DNA of 64,000 nucleotides from a virus: IMG/VR virus record IMGVR_UViG_3300032401_001514, positions 65,629-129,628 of that record; one strand, 5' to 3'. Below, one piece after another: positions 34,767-44,755 of the stretch (positions within the stretch are counted from its first letter, which is position 1; each line of letters starts with the position of its first letter). The notes under the pieces are model-generated. The model saw only the letters and a program-made list of their open reading frames with translations. It made no database searches and was not told the origin of the DNA. A program made the translations under genes and the position numbers.

Positions 34767-37700
34767 TTACTTGAAATTATTTTTTACAATATCAACTGAC
34801 TGTTGTGCAGCTTGATCTGTAATTGCAGTCTGGTTTTTGTTTGTAGAATTTGTTTTTGGTGTTTGTTTAAATGTAATCCAAATATCAATTATATTTTGGA
34901 ATAATACTTCATCTTCCAGAGATACATCTTTATTATTAATTTTCGCTCCTTGACTAAAATCAACGTCGTTTGAAACTAAATATCTTACAGCTCCCCACGC
35001 TTTGGATGAAGCTGATTCTGTATTTTTTGGATATGGATCAATAATTCTGGACTCAATATTAAGGCTTTGTCTTATTTCATCAGGTAAATTGTTATCTGGT
35101 AATAAATTATTAATATCTTGACTTGAACGAATAGTCGGTGTTTTTAACCAATTTATTATAGCGCCTTTTATTTTCTCTAATATAGGACTTTCGGCAAATC
35201 CCAAATCGTTATTTCTATAAGAACGAAGCTCTATTGTTGGATTTTTATTAGAATTTGGAGCAGTTATATTTCCCAAAGCAACAACCATATCGGCCAAACT
35301 TTTAATATTACGAGAAGCAAATCTGCCTCTTAATAAAGCTGTTAAAGGGTCATTGTCTGTTATAGATTGCATTACACTGCTGTCAATAGCTACTACAGTA
35401 AGTGAAATGTCACCACTAGCGTTTCCATGACGATTATGTTTTATCAGATTAGCCTGATTGCTTTTTGAATATAATCCCTTTCCTATAATATCTAAAATTG
35501 TTGGAATATATTCTCCAGGATTATGACCATATGTTAATTTCATACTTGTTGTAAAGCCACTATAATTAAAAGAATGAGTTACTGACTCTACATAAAATAA
35601 CAAATCTTTACTTTCAATATAAACCACCTCTCCTGGTTGCATATATTCATTGCCAACAATAGTTAAGTCGGCATGAAAAATACCTTTTCTAGCTAAGTTT
35701 AATAAATAAACAGCGAATGGGGCACATTGAGCTTGTGCGTCTGATAAAAATGGAGCCATTTGCGTCGGCGCTTTTCTAAATCCATACATACGCCACATGT
35801 CATAATCAACAGCAAATGCAGCGGTTACAGCATTTCCTCCTCCTCCAAAATCACTTACGGCCAAGCTGGCTGGTGGTGGAGTATATCCTTCTCCAAACAA
35901 TCCACTAACTTCTATAGCAGTAAATGCTGGCGGACTTTCAGTAATGCTCATATTTGTAATTTGATTTTCTTTAATAATATACCTGCCACCAGAGCCTGGG
36001 CCAAGATCATCATTGTCTTCATATTCAATCATATGCTCTATGATTGCAGGTATAGTTCTTTTGCTATCAAGATTTGGAAATAATTGTTTTCTAGGAAGGC
36101 CGGTATCATATTCTATAACAATATCATCTTCTAAATTTTTAATTGAAGCAGACATTTGTTTTAATAAATTTTGACGCGAACTAACCAATAAAGACAAATT
36201 ATTAATAATTTGTAATACATCAGATTGTAATGGGCCAGAAACTGGATTTACATTTAAAATTGGATTTGGCGGAGTTACTTGAGTGGCCTCTTGTAATCTA
36301 TTTGTTATTTGCTGGACTCTTATACTGGCATTACTGTTTGATATACTTTCAAATATTTGATTATTATTTAATATAGCAATTCTAGAATCAGTATCAAAGA
36401 AAGATGTCGCATTTAACTGACCTGTAATTTGCGAATTAAAAGAACTAAGAGACTTTTGCTTTAATTCAAAATTTTCTGGATTTACTTGAGATATTAAATT
36501 TCGAATATCTTTGATACCAAGTTTTCCATTTTCATTTGTGACAAACCCGAAATTAGAAGCAACAACAGTATCCATATTTGTAGGCTTACTTAATAAAGAT
36601 TCTATGCTAAGATCAGTAGTTTTGCCTAACGCAGCTGCCTGCAATCTTATATTATCTTCAGTTATTTCTATTTGTTGTTTTAACCCCTCAACTTGATCAA
36701 CAAATAATGATTCTAATAATTTAGGAAATACTCTTATTCCTGTTTTAGATCTATCACGTAACATTCTTTCAAATACAGAACTTGGAACTTTATTGTAAGC
36801 TGGAGGCCTGGCTTGTATATGTCCCTGCGAATCTGAAAAAACTTCTAATCCTAATATGCTTTTTACCTTATCAATGCTACTGGCAATAGACGAGTATTCA
36901 TTCTTAAATAATTGCTGTAAATTATTTAACCCTTTTTCGAATGACTGTATATCATAATTTTTATCATATTGATCATCAACTATGAAAAGATTTTGATCAT
37001 CATTAGATTTGACTTTCCAAAATCTTCGTTGAGTTAATGTATGTAATTTTTTTCTAAAATCAATACGTTGCTGTTGTAATTGTTCTTGAGTAACGTTGGT
37101 GCTATCGCCCGAAACAGTTGGGTCAAAAGATACGTCGTTTCCAAAAATACGAATCCCTCCAGCATCACCAAGGTTGGAATTTGCTATTTTTTGCCTTAAT
37201 GCATTCTGTTGCTCTGCTATTTGAGGATCCAATTCGGCAATTTTCATTCGTACTTGTTGAGCGTTATTGCTAGATAAATCAGCTCCACCAGTAGATTTAT
37301 TTGCCAATGATGATGGTATCGATTGTCCTTGCGCATTTATATTAAAAAGTTGTGGGTTTTTTGCGAATACTTGTCCCTCTGGCGTTTGCACCAATGTGTC
37401 AAAAAGCCTTGTTCGTTGCTCTATTAATTCGTTAATCTTTTGATTAGATTGTGAAATATCAAATTGCCCACTAGCCAAAAAGGCATATGCTCCCTCAGAA
37501 ACAACTAGTTTTTTAAATGGAATGAAATTTCCCCATACTGAGTTTTGCTCAGTTAGCTCTGACAACAATCCTTGATAAAATGATTTTGATCCTTGGCCAT
37601 TAGTTAAATCATCTCTGTTAATAGAACCTGACTCAACAGCTGCTTTCATAAATGTATTATAATTATAAGGCTGTGATGTTACTAATAATGATAATACGTT

Positions 37701-39803
37701 CATTACATCTTGGCCAGCAAATGGATCTTTCGTTAATTTTGGTGAAGAATCTTCTTCTAATGATGAGGTCGGATGTGGCTCTCCAAAAACGACTTGAGAG
37801 CCAATGCCAGTCTTCCAACGATATACGAATCCATCAGGATCATTTTTAATTTCTCTAAAATCAAATGGAGAATTAGCTACGGAAAACTCTCCGTCTTTAG
37901 CCATATATAAAGCCGGAGAAACTTGAATGCCTCTAAATCTGCCGTTTTTGAATTTCACGTTTGGTGAATTTAGCATTCTTTGATTTTCAGGTAATAACTG
38001 AGACTCTTTACCTATCATAATGCCAGATGACGCATCAAAATCTGTTTTAAACGGAGTAAGCGGATCATAAATCACACTATTAAATACGTCAGGTGATGGG
38101 TTTAAATTAATTTGGCTAAGCTCAAAATAATGAGAATTATCAGCGATTGATACACTAACTGTATACTTTCCACTAGATGCATCATACTTACTTGTCGTTT
38201 CTTTTACTGGGCCAACAAAAGTACTTACTCCTGCCGCTTGTTTTGTAAAATCATTTCGCAATAATATCCAAAGCCACATTGGAAAATCAGAACCAACAAT
38301 TGCGTTTTTCTCTACTTCCACAGCCGAATCTTTTGCGCCGCCCCCAAAAAAACTTTTCATGTCATTAAAAGAAGTTTGCATTTTATTAATTACACTGCTA
38401 ATTCCTTTTATAATATCTCCACCAGTAAAACTTGGCTCAAATAACCCAGTAACTTTATTGTCAACTATTGTTTTTGATTGCATAAATACATAAACTATAT
38501 CCATTGGCTGAATAATAGTTTTGTTGGCATAATGCAAACGCATTTTTTCACGAGCATAATGTATATCTATTCCTAATTCTGTACCCAAATCATTGAAATT
38601 TTTAATTGCAGATTTAGTGGAATCACGCAAACTAAGTAATTGAAATGTGTTTCTAATTATATCTTTTAATAATTCTTCTTCACTTTTGCTGCTTTCTAAA
38701 CGTTCAGCAACAGCAATATTTGCCCTTGTTCTGCTTAATCCATTAGGACCTTCATAAACGCTTGCATCTAATTCTACCGACGCCCCAATTCCAAGAAGCC
38801 CGGCATCATGATTAAAAATGATATCTTTACCCTCTTCATCAATAATCGCGCGAACACGCTTAAATAAAAGAGTTGACGAATTTACTAAGAATGTAATAGC
38901 AGATACATTCCTTGCCGCTCTCAATTGATTAAGTTGTTGCTTAAACTCATTCGTAATTTTATCCAATTCTGACTCGGTAACTGTGAAAAAACTATTTTGT
39001 TTAAAGAAATTTGCAGCATCACTAATTGCTTTATTAATATCTTCATTAGTAATAGTCATTAAATTATAAGGATCTTCAATTTCCAAACTTGCGCTTCCAC
39101 CTTTGAAATTTACACTAGTTGTTGTATTTACACTCGCAACAGTGGTTAATTCAAATACGCCAGTTCCTTCACCAGTATCACTTGCAAAAGCCGTAGTTCT
39201 ATCAACTATCCACGATGTAAATTCATTTGGTTCTGAAAGCAATGTAAGCTTTCTAATCGTGTCTAATGTAGCCCTGGTTTTAGGATCTATGATATCCACA
39301 CCCAAAGCATCTAGCGAATCTACTCCTGCTAAAATTGCAGGAACCATATATTCGTCTAATGCGCCTTTGTTTTTAATAACCCTCTCTATTTTACTTAATT
39401 TTTCATAAGTTGAAATAGCATTGCATTTATTTTGAAATAATTTTTTAGACGCCCTGAAAAATAACTTATCTCCAGTATCCATTAAATCAAATCTATAATT
39501 ATCAATCAAAGAAGAAAATATTCTTTTTTTAATAGCTATTGTTATATTTGGTTCTTGAAGAAGAATCTCATAAAAATTAGGTTTAACGTTTCTAATATAA
39601 CCGGATTCAACATACGAACGTTGAGCAGATTGATCAACACGCTTTGCAAAATCACCCAATGCTCCAAAATTAATCACACGATCTGGATCATCCGGATCTA
39701 TCGTATCTAATGATCTAATAGTATTTTCTGATGAAAGCGTTTGTTCATTTAAAGAGGCTAGAAATTCTCCGCCAACTTTTCCTATATTTGATAAAAAACT
39801 CAT
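34767..39803 (-). CDS. Very large baseplate hub (gp27/GPD-like)
   Basis: 1678 aa; FSDSQGHIQARPP and C-terminal ADLTIVGNEYMQPGEVVYI...FYVESVTHSF...FTTSMKLTYG. Confidence 0.72.
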   Translation of the reverse strand: MSFLSNIGKVGGEFLASLNEQTLSSENTIRSLDTIDPDDPDRVINFGALGDFAKRVDQSAQRSYVESGYIRNVKPNFYEILLQEPNITIAIKKRIFSSLIDNYRFDLMDTGDKLFFRASKKLFQNKCNAISTYEKLSKIERVIKNKGALDEYMVPAILAGVDSLDALGVDIIDPKTRATLDTIRKLTLLSEPNEFTSWIVDRTTAFASDTGEGTGVFELTTVASVNTTTSVNFKGGSASLEIEDPYNLMTITNEDINKAISDAANFFKQNSFFTVTESELDKITNEFKQQLNQLRAARNVSAITFLVNSSTLLFKRVRAIIDEEGKDIIFNHDAGLLGIGASVELDASVYEGPNGLSRTRANIAVAERLESSKSEEELLKDIIRNTFQLLSLRDSTKSAIKNFNDLGTELGIDIHYAREKMRLHYANKTIIQPMDIVYVFMQSKTIVDNKVTGLFEPSFTGGDIIKGISSVINKMQTSFNDMKSFFGGGAKDSAVEVEKNAIVGSDFPMWLWILLRNDFTKQAAGVSTFVGPVKETTSKYDASSGKYTVSVSIADNSHYFELSQINLNPSPDVFNSVIYDPLTPFKTDFDASSGIMIGKESQLLPENQRMLNSPNVKFKNGRFRGIQVSPALYMAKDGEFSVANSPFDFREIKNDPDGFVYRWKTGIGSQVVFGEPHPTSSLEEDSSPKLTKDPFAGQDVMNVLSLLVTSQPYNYNTFMKAAVESGSINRDDLTNGQGSKSFYQGLLSELTEQNSVWGNFIPFKKLVVSEGAYAFLASGQFDISQSNQKINELIEQRTRLFDTLVQTPEGQVFAKNPQLFNINAQGQSIPSSLANKSTGGADLSSNNAQQVRMKIAELDPQIAEQQNALRQKIANSNLGDAGGIRIFGNDVSFDPTVSGDSTNVTQEQLQQQRIDFRKKLHTLTQRRFWKVKSNDDQNLFIVDDQYDKNYDIQSFEKGLNNLQQLFKNEYSSIASSIDKVKSILGLEVFSDSQGHIQARPPAYNKVPSSVFERMLRDRSKTGIRVFPKLLESLFVDQVEGLKQQIEITEDNIRLQAAALGKTTDLSIESLLSKPTNMDTVVASNFGFVTNENGKLGIKDIRNLISQVNPENFELKQKSLSSFNSQITGQLNATSFFDTDSRIAILNNNQIFESISNSNASIRVQQITNRLQEATQVTPPNPILNVNPVSGPLQSDVLQIINNLSLLVSSRQNLLKQMSASIKNLEDDIVIEYDTGLPRKQLFPNLDSKRTIPAIIEHMIEYEDNDDLGPGSGGRYIIKENQITNMSITESPPAFTAIEVSGLFGEGYTPPPASLAVSDFGGGGNAVTAAFAVDYDMWRMYGFRKAPTQMAPFLSDAQAQCAPFAVYLLNLARKGIFHADLTIVGNEYMQPGEVVYIESKDLLFYVESVTHSFNYSGFTTSMKLTYGHNPGEYIPTILDIIGKGLYSKSNQANLIKHNRHGNASGDISLTVVAIDSSVMQSITDNDPLTALLRGRFASRNIKSLADMVVALGNITAPNSNKNPTIELRSYRNNDLGFAESPILEKIKGAIINWLKTPTIRSSQDINNLLPDNNLPDEIRQSLNIESRIIDPYPKNTESASSKAWGAVRYLVSNDVDFSQGAKINNKDVSLEDEVLFQNIIDIWITFKQTPKTNSTNKNQTAITDQAAQQSVDIVKNNFK

Positions 39804-39816
39804 ATCTTCTTACTCT

Positions 39817-40788
39817 TTAAAATATTCCAAAAGCATCTATAATATCTGGTGTTTTAGTTTTACCGGCGGCTCCGTTCCCAAGGCTAGGATATGTTGAGTC
39901 AAGACTTGGCTGATCAACCCTGTTACGTGGCGCTGTAATAACCGGGCTTGTATTTCCTGCAAAACTATAAGGCGCTCCAACTCTGGGATCGCTGTTGCTT
40001 GGACCTGATGTCGCGCTTTTATGCCATGCAAGGAAGTTATTACGAAATCCGCGTTTTTGTGTAACTGTAAATGTCATAGAATAATCAAATAATCCAAGTT
40101 TGTCTGCACTTTCAGTAACACTAAAATTCTCGAAAAACCCTCTCCATACTTCTCCTGACCAATAAAGCTCCACTGTGAAAGCTATAGAAGCAAGAGTTGG
40201 TTTGGCTCTAGATACATTTGATATACCACCGTCTTTTGCATTTGTTAATATTTTTCCTACTTGACCAAATAATGAACTGCCAAACCCAGTTAAACTATCT
40301 TCTTCCGCCCTGTCACGATCCGCTTGTAAAAATAAAGCGAATGGATCAATCATTAATTGTTCGTTCCTATATACATCATTTAAAACATTTATTCCTTCAA
40401 TCCCAGATGTTCCTGTTGTTCCGCTAATACTTAATGAAGTTAATTCTTCTCCCCAATATTGTAATACATATCCGCCTTTTGTACGAACTTTAGATATCTG
40501 TTTCTTATAATCAACCTTAAAGTTTTGAGGATTAACATACATTTGTATTATAGGCTGTTCAGGAACTAACCATCGCATCATATGACGCGCTTCGGAAGCC
40601 GGCCTATTATTTGGAACTCTGCTTTGCCTTGTTCCGAAGCCGCTTGTACTAGGCGCCACGTTCGACTCAAAACCTCCAGAATTTATACCTCCCGTTAATT
40701 TATTAATGCTATTTGTAGCCGTTCCTGATAGACCAGCGCGACCTAATGCATCAAATTGATCATTTGTAAGTATTGGTGGTATTGGCAT
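39817..40788 (-). CDS. Tail tube initiator / baseplate-tube junction protein (gp48/gp54-like)
   Basis: 323 aa; MYVNPQNFKVDY...GGYVLQYWGEELTSLSISGTTG...FSVTESA...FDYSMTFTV; follows the tape measure gene. Confidence 0.7.
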   Translation of the reverse strand: MPIPPILTNDQFDALGRAGLSGTATNSINKLTGGINSGGFESNVAPSTSGFGTRQSRVPNNRPASEARHMMRWLVPEQPIIQMYVNPQNFKVDYKKQISKVRTKGGYVLQYWGEELTSLSISGTTGTSGIEGINVLNDVYRNEQLMIDPFALFLQADRDRAEEDSLTGFGSSLFGQVGKILTNAKDGGISNVSRAKPTLASIAFTVELYWSGEVWRGFFENFSVTESADKLGLFDYSMTFTVTQKRGFRNNFLAWHKSATSGPSNSDPRVGAPYSFAGNTSPVITAPRNRVDQPSLDSTYPSLGNGAAGKTKTPDIIDAFGIF

Positions 40789-40816
40789 AATTATTCCTTA
40801 ATTATTAACAGAGTCA

Positions 40817-42970
40817 TTAAGAGAGTGCAGGGAGGCCACTTGCTCTACTTTCAATATTCACATGTCCTTTTTTAACAACAGCTGTAGCTACATTGTGTAT
40901 ATGTTTATTACCAGCTAACAAATCAGTTAAATTAATATTAATATAATAATCTTGAGCAGTAGATTTAATAGCTTGATTTTTGTCAGCCTCAGCTGTTGCA
41001 CCAGCTGCTTGTGCCGAACGTAATAACTTTCCTACTCCAGCCTGTGGCGGAGCGGTAGCCGAAGTTCGTTCTATTAAATCTCTAGGACCTCTATCTGGTT
41101 CCATAGGAATTTGATATTGTGTTGGCAAAACAATTTCTTTGGCTCTTTTTGCAACCTCTGCTACATTTAGAAATTCTGTTTTTAAAGCACCAGAGGGTTT
41201 TTGACCAGCCGTAGTTGTTCCACCAACGCCAGCCTCTCCACGTTTTCTAATAGCTTCAGCCTCAACTACTCTTGTTGTATCAAAAGCAGCAGTTTTCTTT
41301 CCTTCTGTCATTAATTGATTAATAATCTTTGGCCCACTAATTGTAGTATATTCTCTCGCTGTTTTTGCAGAAGCGTTTGTCATTATTATACCAATACGTT
41401 CGACCCAATTTGCTATACCTGTGATTATTGGAGTTTGCTTATCTTGAACAGCTTCGCCGGCTTTCATTGCTTTTTGAGTTGTTTCTTCCGGTGTTGTTAT
41501 TGCTTCTTTTCCAAAACCGGTTTTCATAGAATCTAATAATTTATAAGCTTCCGCATTGCTTTTGGCTAGTTGCCCAAATGGGCCTTGCCTTAAAAACGCC
41601 ACTTCTTTTGTTAATTGTGCTGCGGCACCAGAACTTTTGCTTCCTTCCTCAAGACCAATAATTGGACCACCACCAAATTGTTTCTTCAAAGCACCCTGCA
41701 CCATATCAAAAACTTGATCTGATTTGCCTTGTTGTTTTAATAATTCAATTTGATATCCTCCCTGAAGTCCTCCAGGGCCGCCAGATTGACTAGAAATAAA
41801 AGCTTCTTGAGCAACATCTAACTCTGCAATTCCTTTGACCATACCACCAACTATTTCAGCAATACCTTCTGGTCCAACTCCAGATTTACTTAATGCCGGT
41901 CCCATCCTCTCCATAATAGTTAATGCAGCTTGAGAATTATCACCAAAAAATTTAAAAGCGGAACTAGTGTTATTTATAAACCCTCTCATTATATCAAGTG
42001 GAATTCCAAGGCCTGATACAGACGCTTGCATTCTAGAAATTATTTTTAATGAATCCTCTCCACTAGTATTAAATAATCTCATTTGATTATTCATGACTCC
42101 AAACACAGTGTCTAAATCACGAACACTGCCTCTATTTATTTTTAAAGCCGCAGTTAAAACATCCGTTGAATTACCAGCTCCATCAATATTTTTAATAGTT
42201 TCAGTCATAATGCCAGGGATTTTTTGAAGCTGTAATCCAAATTTTTGCACTTCATTCGAACTCATACCAACCGCTGTACCAGTTGATTCCATACGTTTTC
42301 CCCAATTATCCATCATTAAATCAATACCACTCAAATCACTACCAAAACTGGTAAACATGTCTCCTAAATTACCAGCTTGTGCTTGTAATGTTATTAATGC
42401 ATTTTCTGCATTTCTTGATACTTCAAATTGTCCAGCAACTGCTTGAAAACCCTTAAGCGCTTCATTAACGTCACCACGCAATGCTTTTGGAAGTAAATTA
42501 ACTGCTTGTGTAGCTTTTTCAAAATCACTAGATACACTTCCTAATACGTCACCAGATACTTGACTAAGACTTTTTAATGATTCTGGAATAGGAAAAGCCG
42601 CTCTAAATTTCTCACTTTGTTGCAAAGCCATAATTGTAAAACCAGCTATATCTTCCCCACTTTCTCTGAACATTTCTTTTACTTTTTGTGAGCTAATGCC
42701 TAATGCATCTTCTACTGCTTTAATAGCATCTTTGCTACCATTTGAAATTTTTTGAAACAAATTAGAGGCTACATTACCAAATGCTGAATATTGTCCAAGA
42801 GTGCTGGTTGCAGCCGTGCTCATTTTATGCCATATCTCTATTGTTTTAGCCATTGCTTCAGTTACATGGCCATGTCCTTCCGATATTGCTTTTAAAAGAG
42901 CTGGAGTATCACTAAGCCCTTCTGCCATGGCTTTTAATTCTTCAACTTGAAAATCTTTTATATCAGCCAT
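40817..42970 (-). CDS. Tape measure protein
   Basis: 717 aa, Ala/Gly/Ser/Gln-rich and helical; canonical position after the tube and G/GT chaperones. Confidence 0.8.
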   Translation of the reverse strand: MADIKDFQVEELKAMAEGLSDTPALLKAISEGHGHVTEAMAKTIEIWHKMSTAATSTLGQYSAFGNVASNLFQKISNGSKDAIKAVEDALGISSQKVKEMFRESGEDIAGFTIMALQQSEKFRAAFPIPESLKSLSQVSGDVLGSVSSDFEKATQAVNLLPKALRGDVNEALKGFQAVAGQFEVSRNAENALITLQAQAGNLGDMFTSFGSDLSGIDLMMDNWGKRMESTGTAVGMSSNEVQKFGLQLQKIPGIMTETIKNIDGAGNSTDVLTAALKINRGSVRDLDTVFGVMNNQMRLFNTSGEDSLKIISRMQASVSGLGIPLDIMRGFINNTSSAFKFFGDNSQAALTIMERMGPALSKSGVGPEGIAEIVGGMVKGIAELDVAQEAFISSQSGGPGGLQGGYQIELLKQQGKSDQVFDMVQGALKKQFGGGPIIGLEEGSKSSGAAAQLTKEVAFLRQGPFGQLAKSNAEAYKLLDSMKTGFGKEAITTPEETTQKAMKAGEAVQDKQTPIITGIANWVERIGIIMTNASAKTAREYTTISGPKIINQLMTEGKKTAAFDTTRVVEAEAIRKRGEAGVGGTTTAGQKPSGALKTEFLNVAEVAKRAKEIVLPTQYQIPMEPDRGPRDLIERTSATAPPQAGVGKLLRSAQAAGATAEADKNQAIKSTAQDYYININLTDLLAGNKHIHNVATAVVKKGHVNIESRASGLPALS

Positions 42971-42976
42971 TTATAC

Positions 42977-43354
42977 CTATTTGCTATCTTTGTTTATCAC
43001 TTTTCTAATTTGTCTTCTACGTCTTCTGTGCCCTGACTGCATCTCTTTGTCTAACTTATCTTCATCTAATACCATTTGTGTTGACTTTTCATATTCTTCG
43101 TCCGTTGAAATAATACTTGGATTTTCTGCTTGCATCATTTGCTTAGCTGCATCTGGATTGTGAAATGAACCGCCCAAAATTGTATAATCTTTCATAAACT
43201 TGTGTTTATCTTCTAAATCTGCAATCCAACTTTCATACAACCAAAGTCGAATTATAGGATCCATTTCTTCAAAAAATAAATCATCAGGGAGCCTTCCGAA
43301 CGTATTAACTAAATGCGACAAAAACTTGTGATCTGGCTCCCTTGTTATTTTTTT
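42977..43354 (-). CDS. Tail assembly chaperone T segment (C-terminal part of the -1 frameshift GT product)
   Basis: The -1 frame is open from the slippery site (KKITREPDHKFLSHLVNTFGRLPDD...) to the stop at 42977. The annotated TTG start at 43321 has no clear SD. Confidence 0.75.
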   Translation of the reverse strand, partial: KKITREPDHKFLSHLVNTFGRLPDDLFFEEMDPIIRLWLYESWIADLEDKHKFMKDYTILGGSFHNPDAAKQMMQAENPSIISTDEEYEKSTQMVLDEDKLDKEMQSGHRRRRRQIRKVINKDSK

Positions 43355-44019
43355 ATTTCTTCAACCACCTCCTGAATTCCCTCAGGTGAATTAATATTAA
43401 ATTTGGACTTGTTTTCAGCAACAAGTTTATTATATGAGTCATATAAATACGAAACTACAGCCTCATCTAAATTTTGTACAAAATCAATTTTATCATCTAA
43501 TTCAGAGGATCCTAATACCATTTCAATAGACTGAGAATCAATAGCAAAAATAGATCTTGATAATGTTTGAGCCCTCATTTCATAAGCTTGCTCTATAGCC
43601 AACTCTGATAATGCTACCGCTTTTATCGCATCTTTCCATTCATAATTTTTCAATGTTCTAAGAGAAAATATTATGCCTTCAACATCAACATCTTTTACCC
43701 CTCTTCCAAGTCCTAATAATATTTCTGTTCTTTTCTTTGCTCCAGATTCCATTCTTTCATCAACCCTGGAGCGATGAGCTTCCTCTGCTAAAACTCTAGC
43801 ATCTGCCGCAACACGTTCCTCACGCGCTTGGGCTTGGGCATAAGCTCTGCGTCTATCTGCCACTGATGATTCCTGTACATACTGTCCTTCCGGAGATACA
43901 GGGTCTGTTGGATCGTCTACACTAATCATTGGTCGTTTCTGGCCGGACGATGATATATTAACTCGGCCTAACGGACTCTCAATACTTCCACGAGAACTTC
44001 GGCCTTTTTGCTCTTCCAT
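43345..44019 (-). CDS. Tail assembly chaperone G
   Basis: 224 aa with SD AGGAG, directly after the tube gene; ends GAA ATA AAA AAA TAA. Confidence 0.78.
   Translation of the reverse strand: MEEQKGRSSRGSIESPLGRVNISSSGQKRPMISVDDPTDPVSPEGQYVQESSVADRRRAYAQAQAREERVAADARVLAEEAHRSRVDERMESGAKKRTEILLGLGRGVKDVDVEGIIFSLRTLKNYEWKDAIKAVALSELAIEQAYEMRAQTLSRSIFAIDSQSIEMVLGSSELDDKIDFVQNLDEAVVSYLYDSYNKLVAENKSKFNINSPEGIQEVVEEIKK
43348..43354 (-). other. -1 programmed ribosomal frameshift slippery heptamer A-AAA-AAA
   Basis: XXXYYYZ heptamer in the correct phase just before the G stop; the -1 frame joins the T ORF (G codons start at positions 0 mod 3, T at 1 mod 3). Confidence 0.75.
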
Positions 44020-44109
44020 CTTACTCTCCTATTTGTTAAACTTATGCCATGCACTTCTGCTTTAATTGGCAGTAGCGCAATTACCTCCTATATATATAAC
44101 GCCGAATTA

Positions 44110-44121
44110 TTGCTGAATATT
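44110..44121 (-). promoter_or_regulatory. Copy of recurrent motif AATATTCAGCAA (candidate late promoter)
   Basis: Directly after the tube stop, upstream of the chaperone G gene. Confidence 0.4.
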
Positions 44122-44123
44122 AA

Positions 44124-44741
44124 TTAAAGAGTGCCGTTTACAACAGCGTTAATTAGACCCGCGCCATCAAGAGCGCCACGATAAGTGCCAAAATCGGCCG
44201 AAGCTTCAAATGGATTAATTATATTTGGCGCACTATTTCCAGCATGACTAATTCCAACTACGTTCTGCTGATTACCAAGATGGCTATCAATTGATTCTGC
44301 TTGCCAATTCATGTTTTCTACAATAACAAAATCTTCTGCGCTATAAGTAACCTCTATTCTTTCAATCCAAACATTTCGTATAGTAGTGATAATTTTGCTG
44401 TCATCATCGCTGCCTTGGAAATTATCTTGAATTACAATTTCAAATGGAACACGTTGTGCCGCAACATGCACGAAACCTCTGTCAAAAGCTTCGGCAATGC
44501 GCGTTCTATTAAATCGTGTACGTGAGCAGCTGCCAGAAACATCAGTTGATTTGTTAGGCGCACTATCGATATGGCCATCTGAGCCTATTTCATTTATCAT
44601 TGATATGCCGCGAGATTCTGTAATTGCTAATGTCTTTACGGCAGCAATAGCGCGATTATTTACCAAAAGTATAATATTGGTAGATAAATGTGTTCCGGTT
44701 CTGTTCTGATATAAAGGCGTAGATTGGTCCCTAAGTGGCAT
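44124..44741 (-). CDS. Tail tube protein
   Basis: 205 aa directly downstream of the sheath; IILLVNNRAIAAVKTLAITESRG...INEIG and PFEIVIQD...NVWI; SD AAAGGA. Confidence 0.85.
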   Translation of the reverse strand: MPLRDQSTPLYQNRTGTHLSTNIILLVNNRAIAAVKTLAITESRGISMINEIGSDGHIDSAPNKSTDVSGSCSRTRFNRTRIAEAFDRGFVHVAAQRVPFEIVIQDNFQGSDDDSKIITTIRNVWIERIEVTYSAEDFVIVENMNWQAESIDSHLGNQQNVVGISHAGNSAPNIINPFEASADFGTYRGALDGAGLINAVVNGTL

Positions 44742-44755
44742 TTGTTTCCTTTAAG

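Noticed and set aside
44083-44089. Perfect SD AGGAGGT on the minus strand between the tube and chaperone genes
   Set aside because: The only nearby start (TTG) is 2-3 nt away and opens about 12 codons; there is no support for a real peptide.
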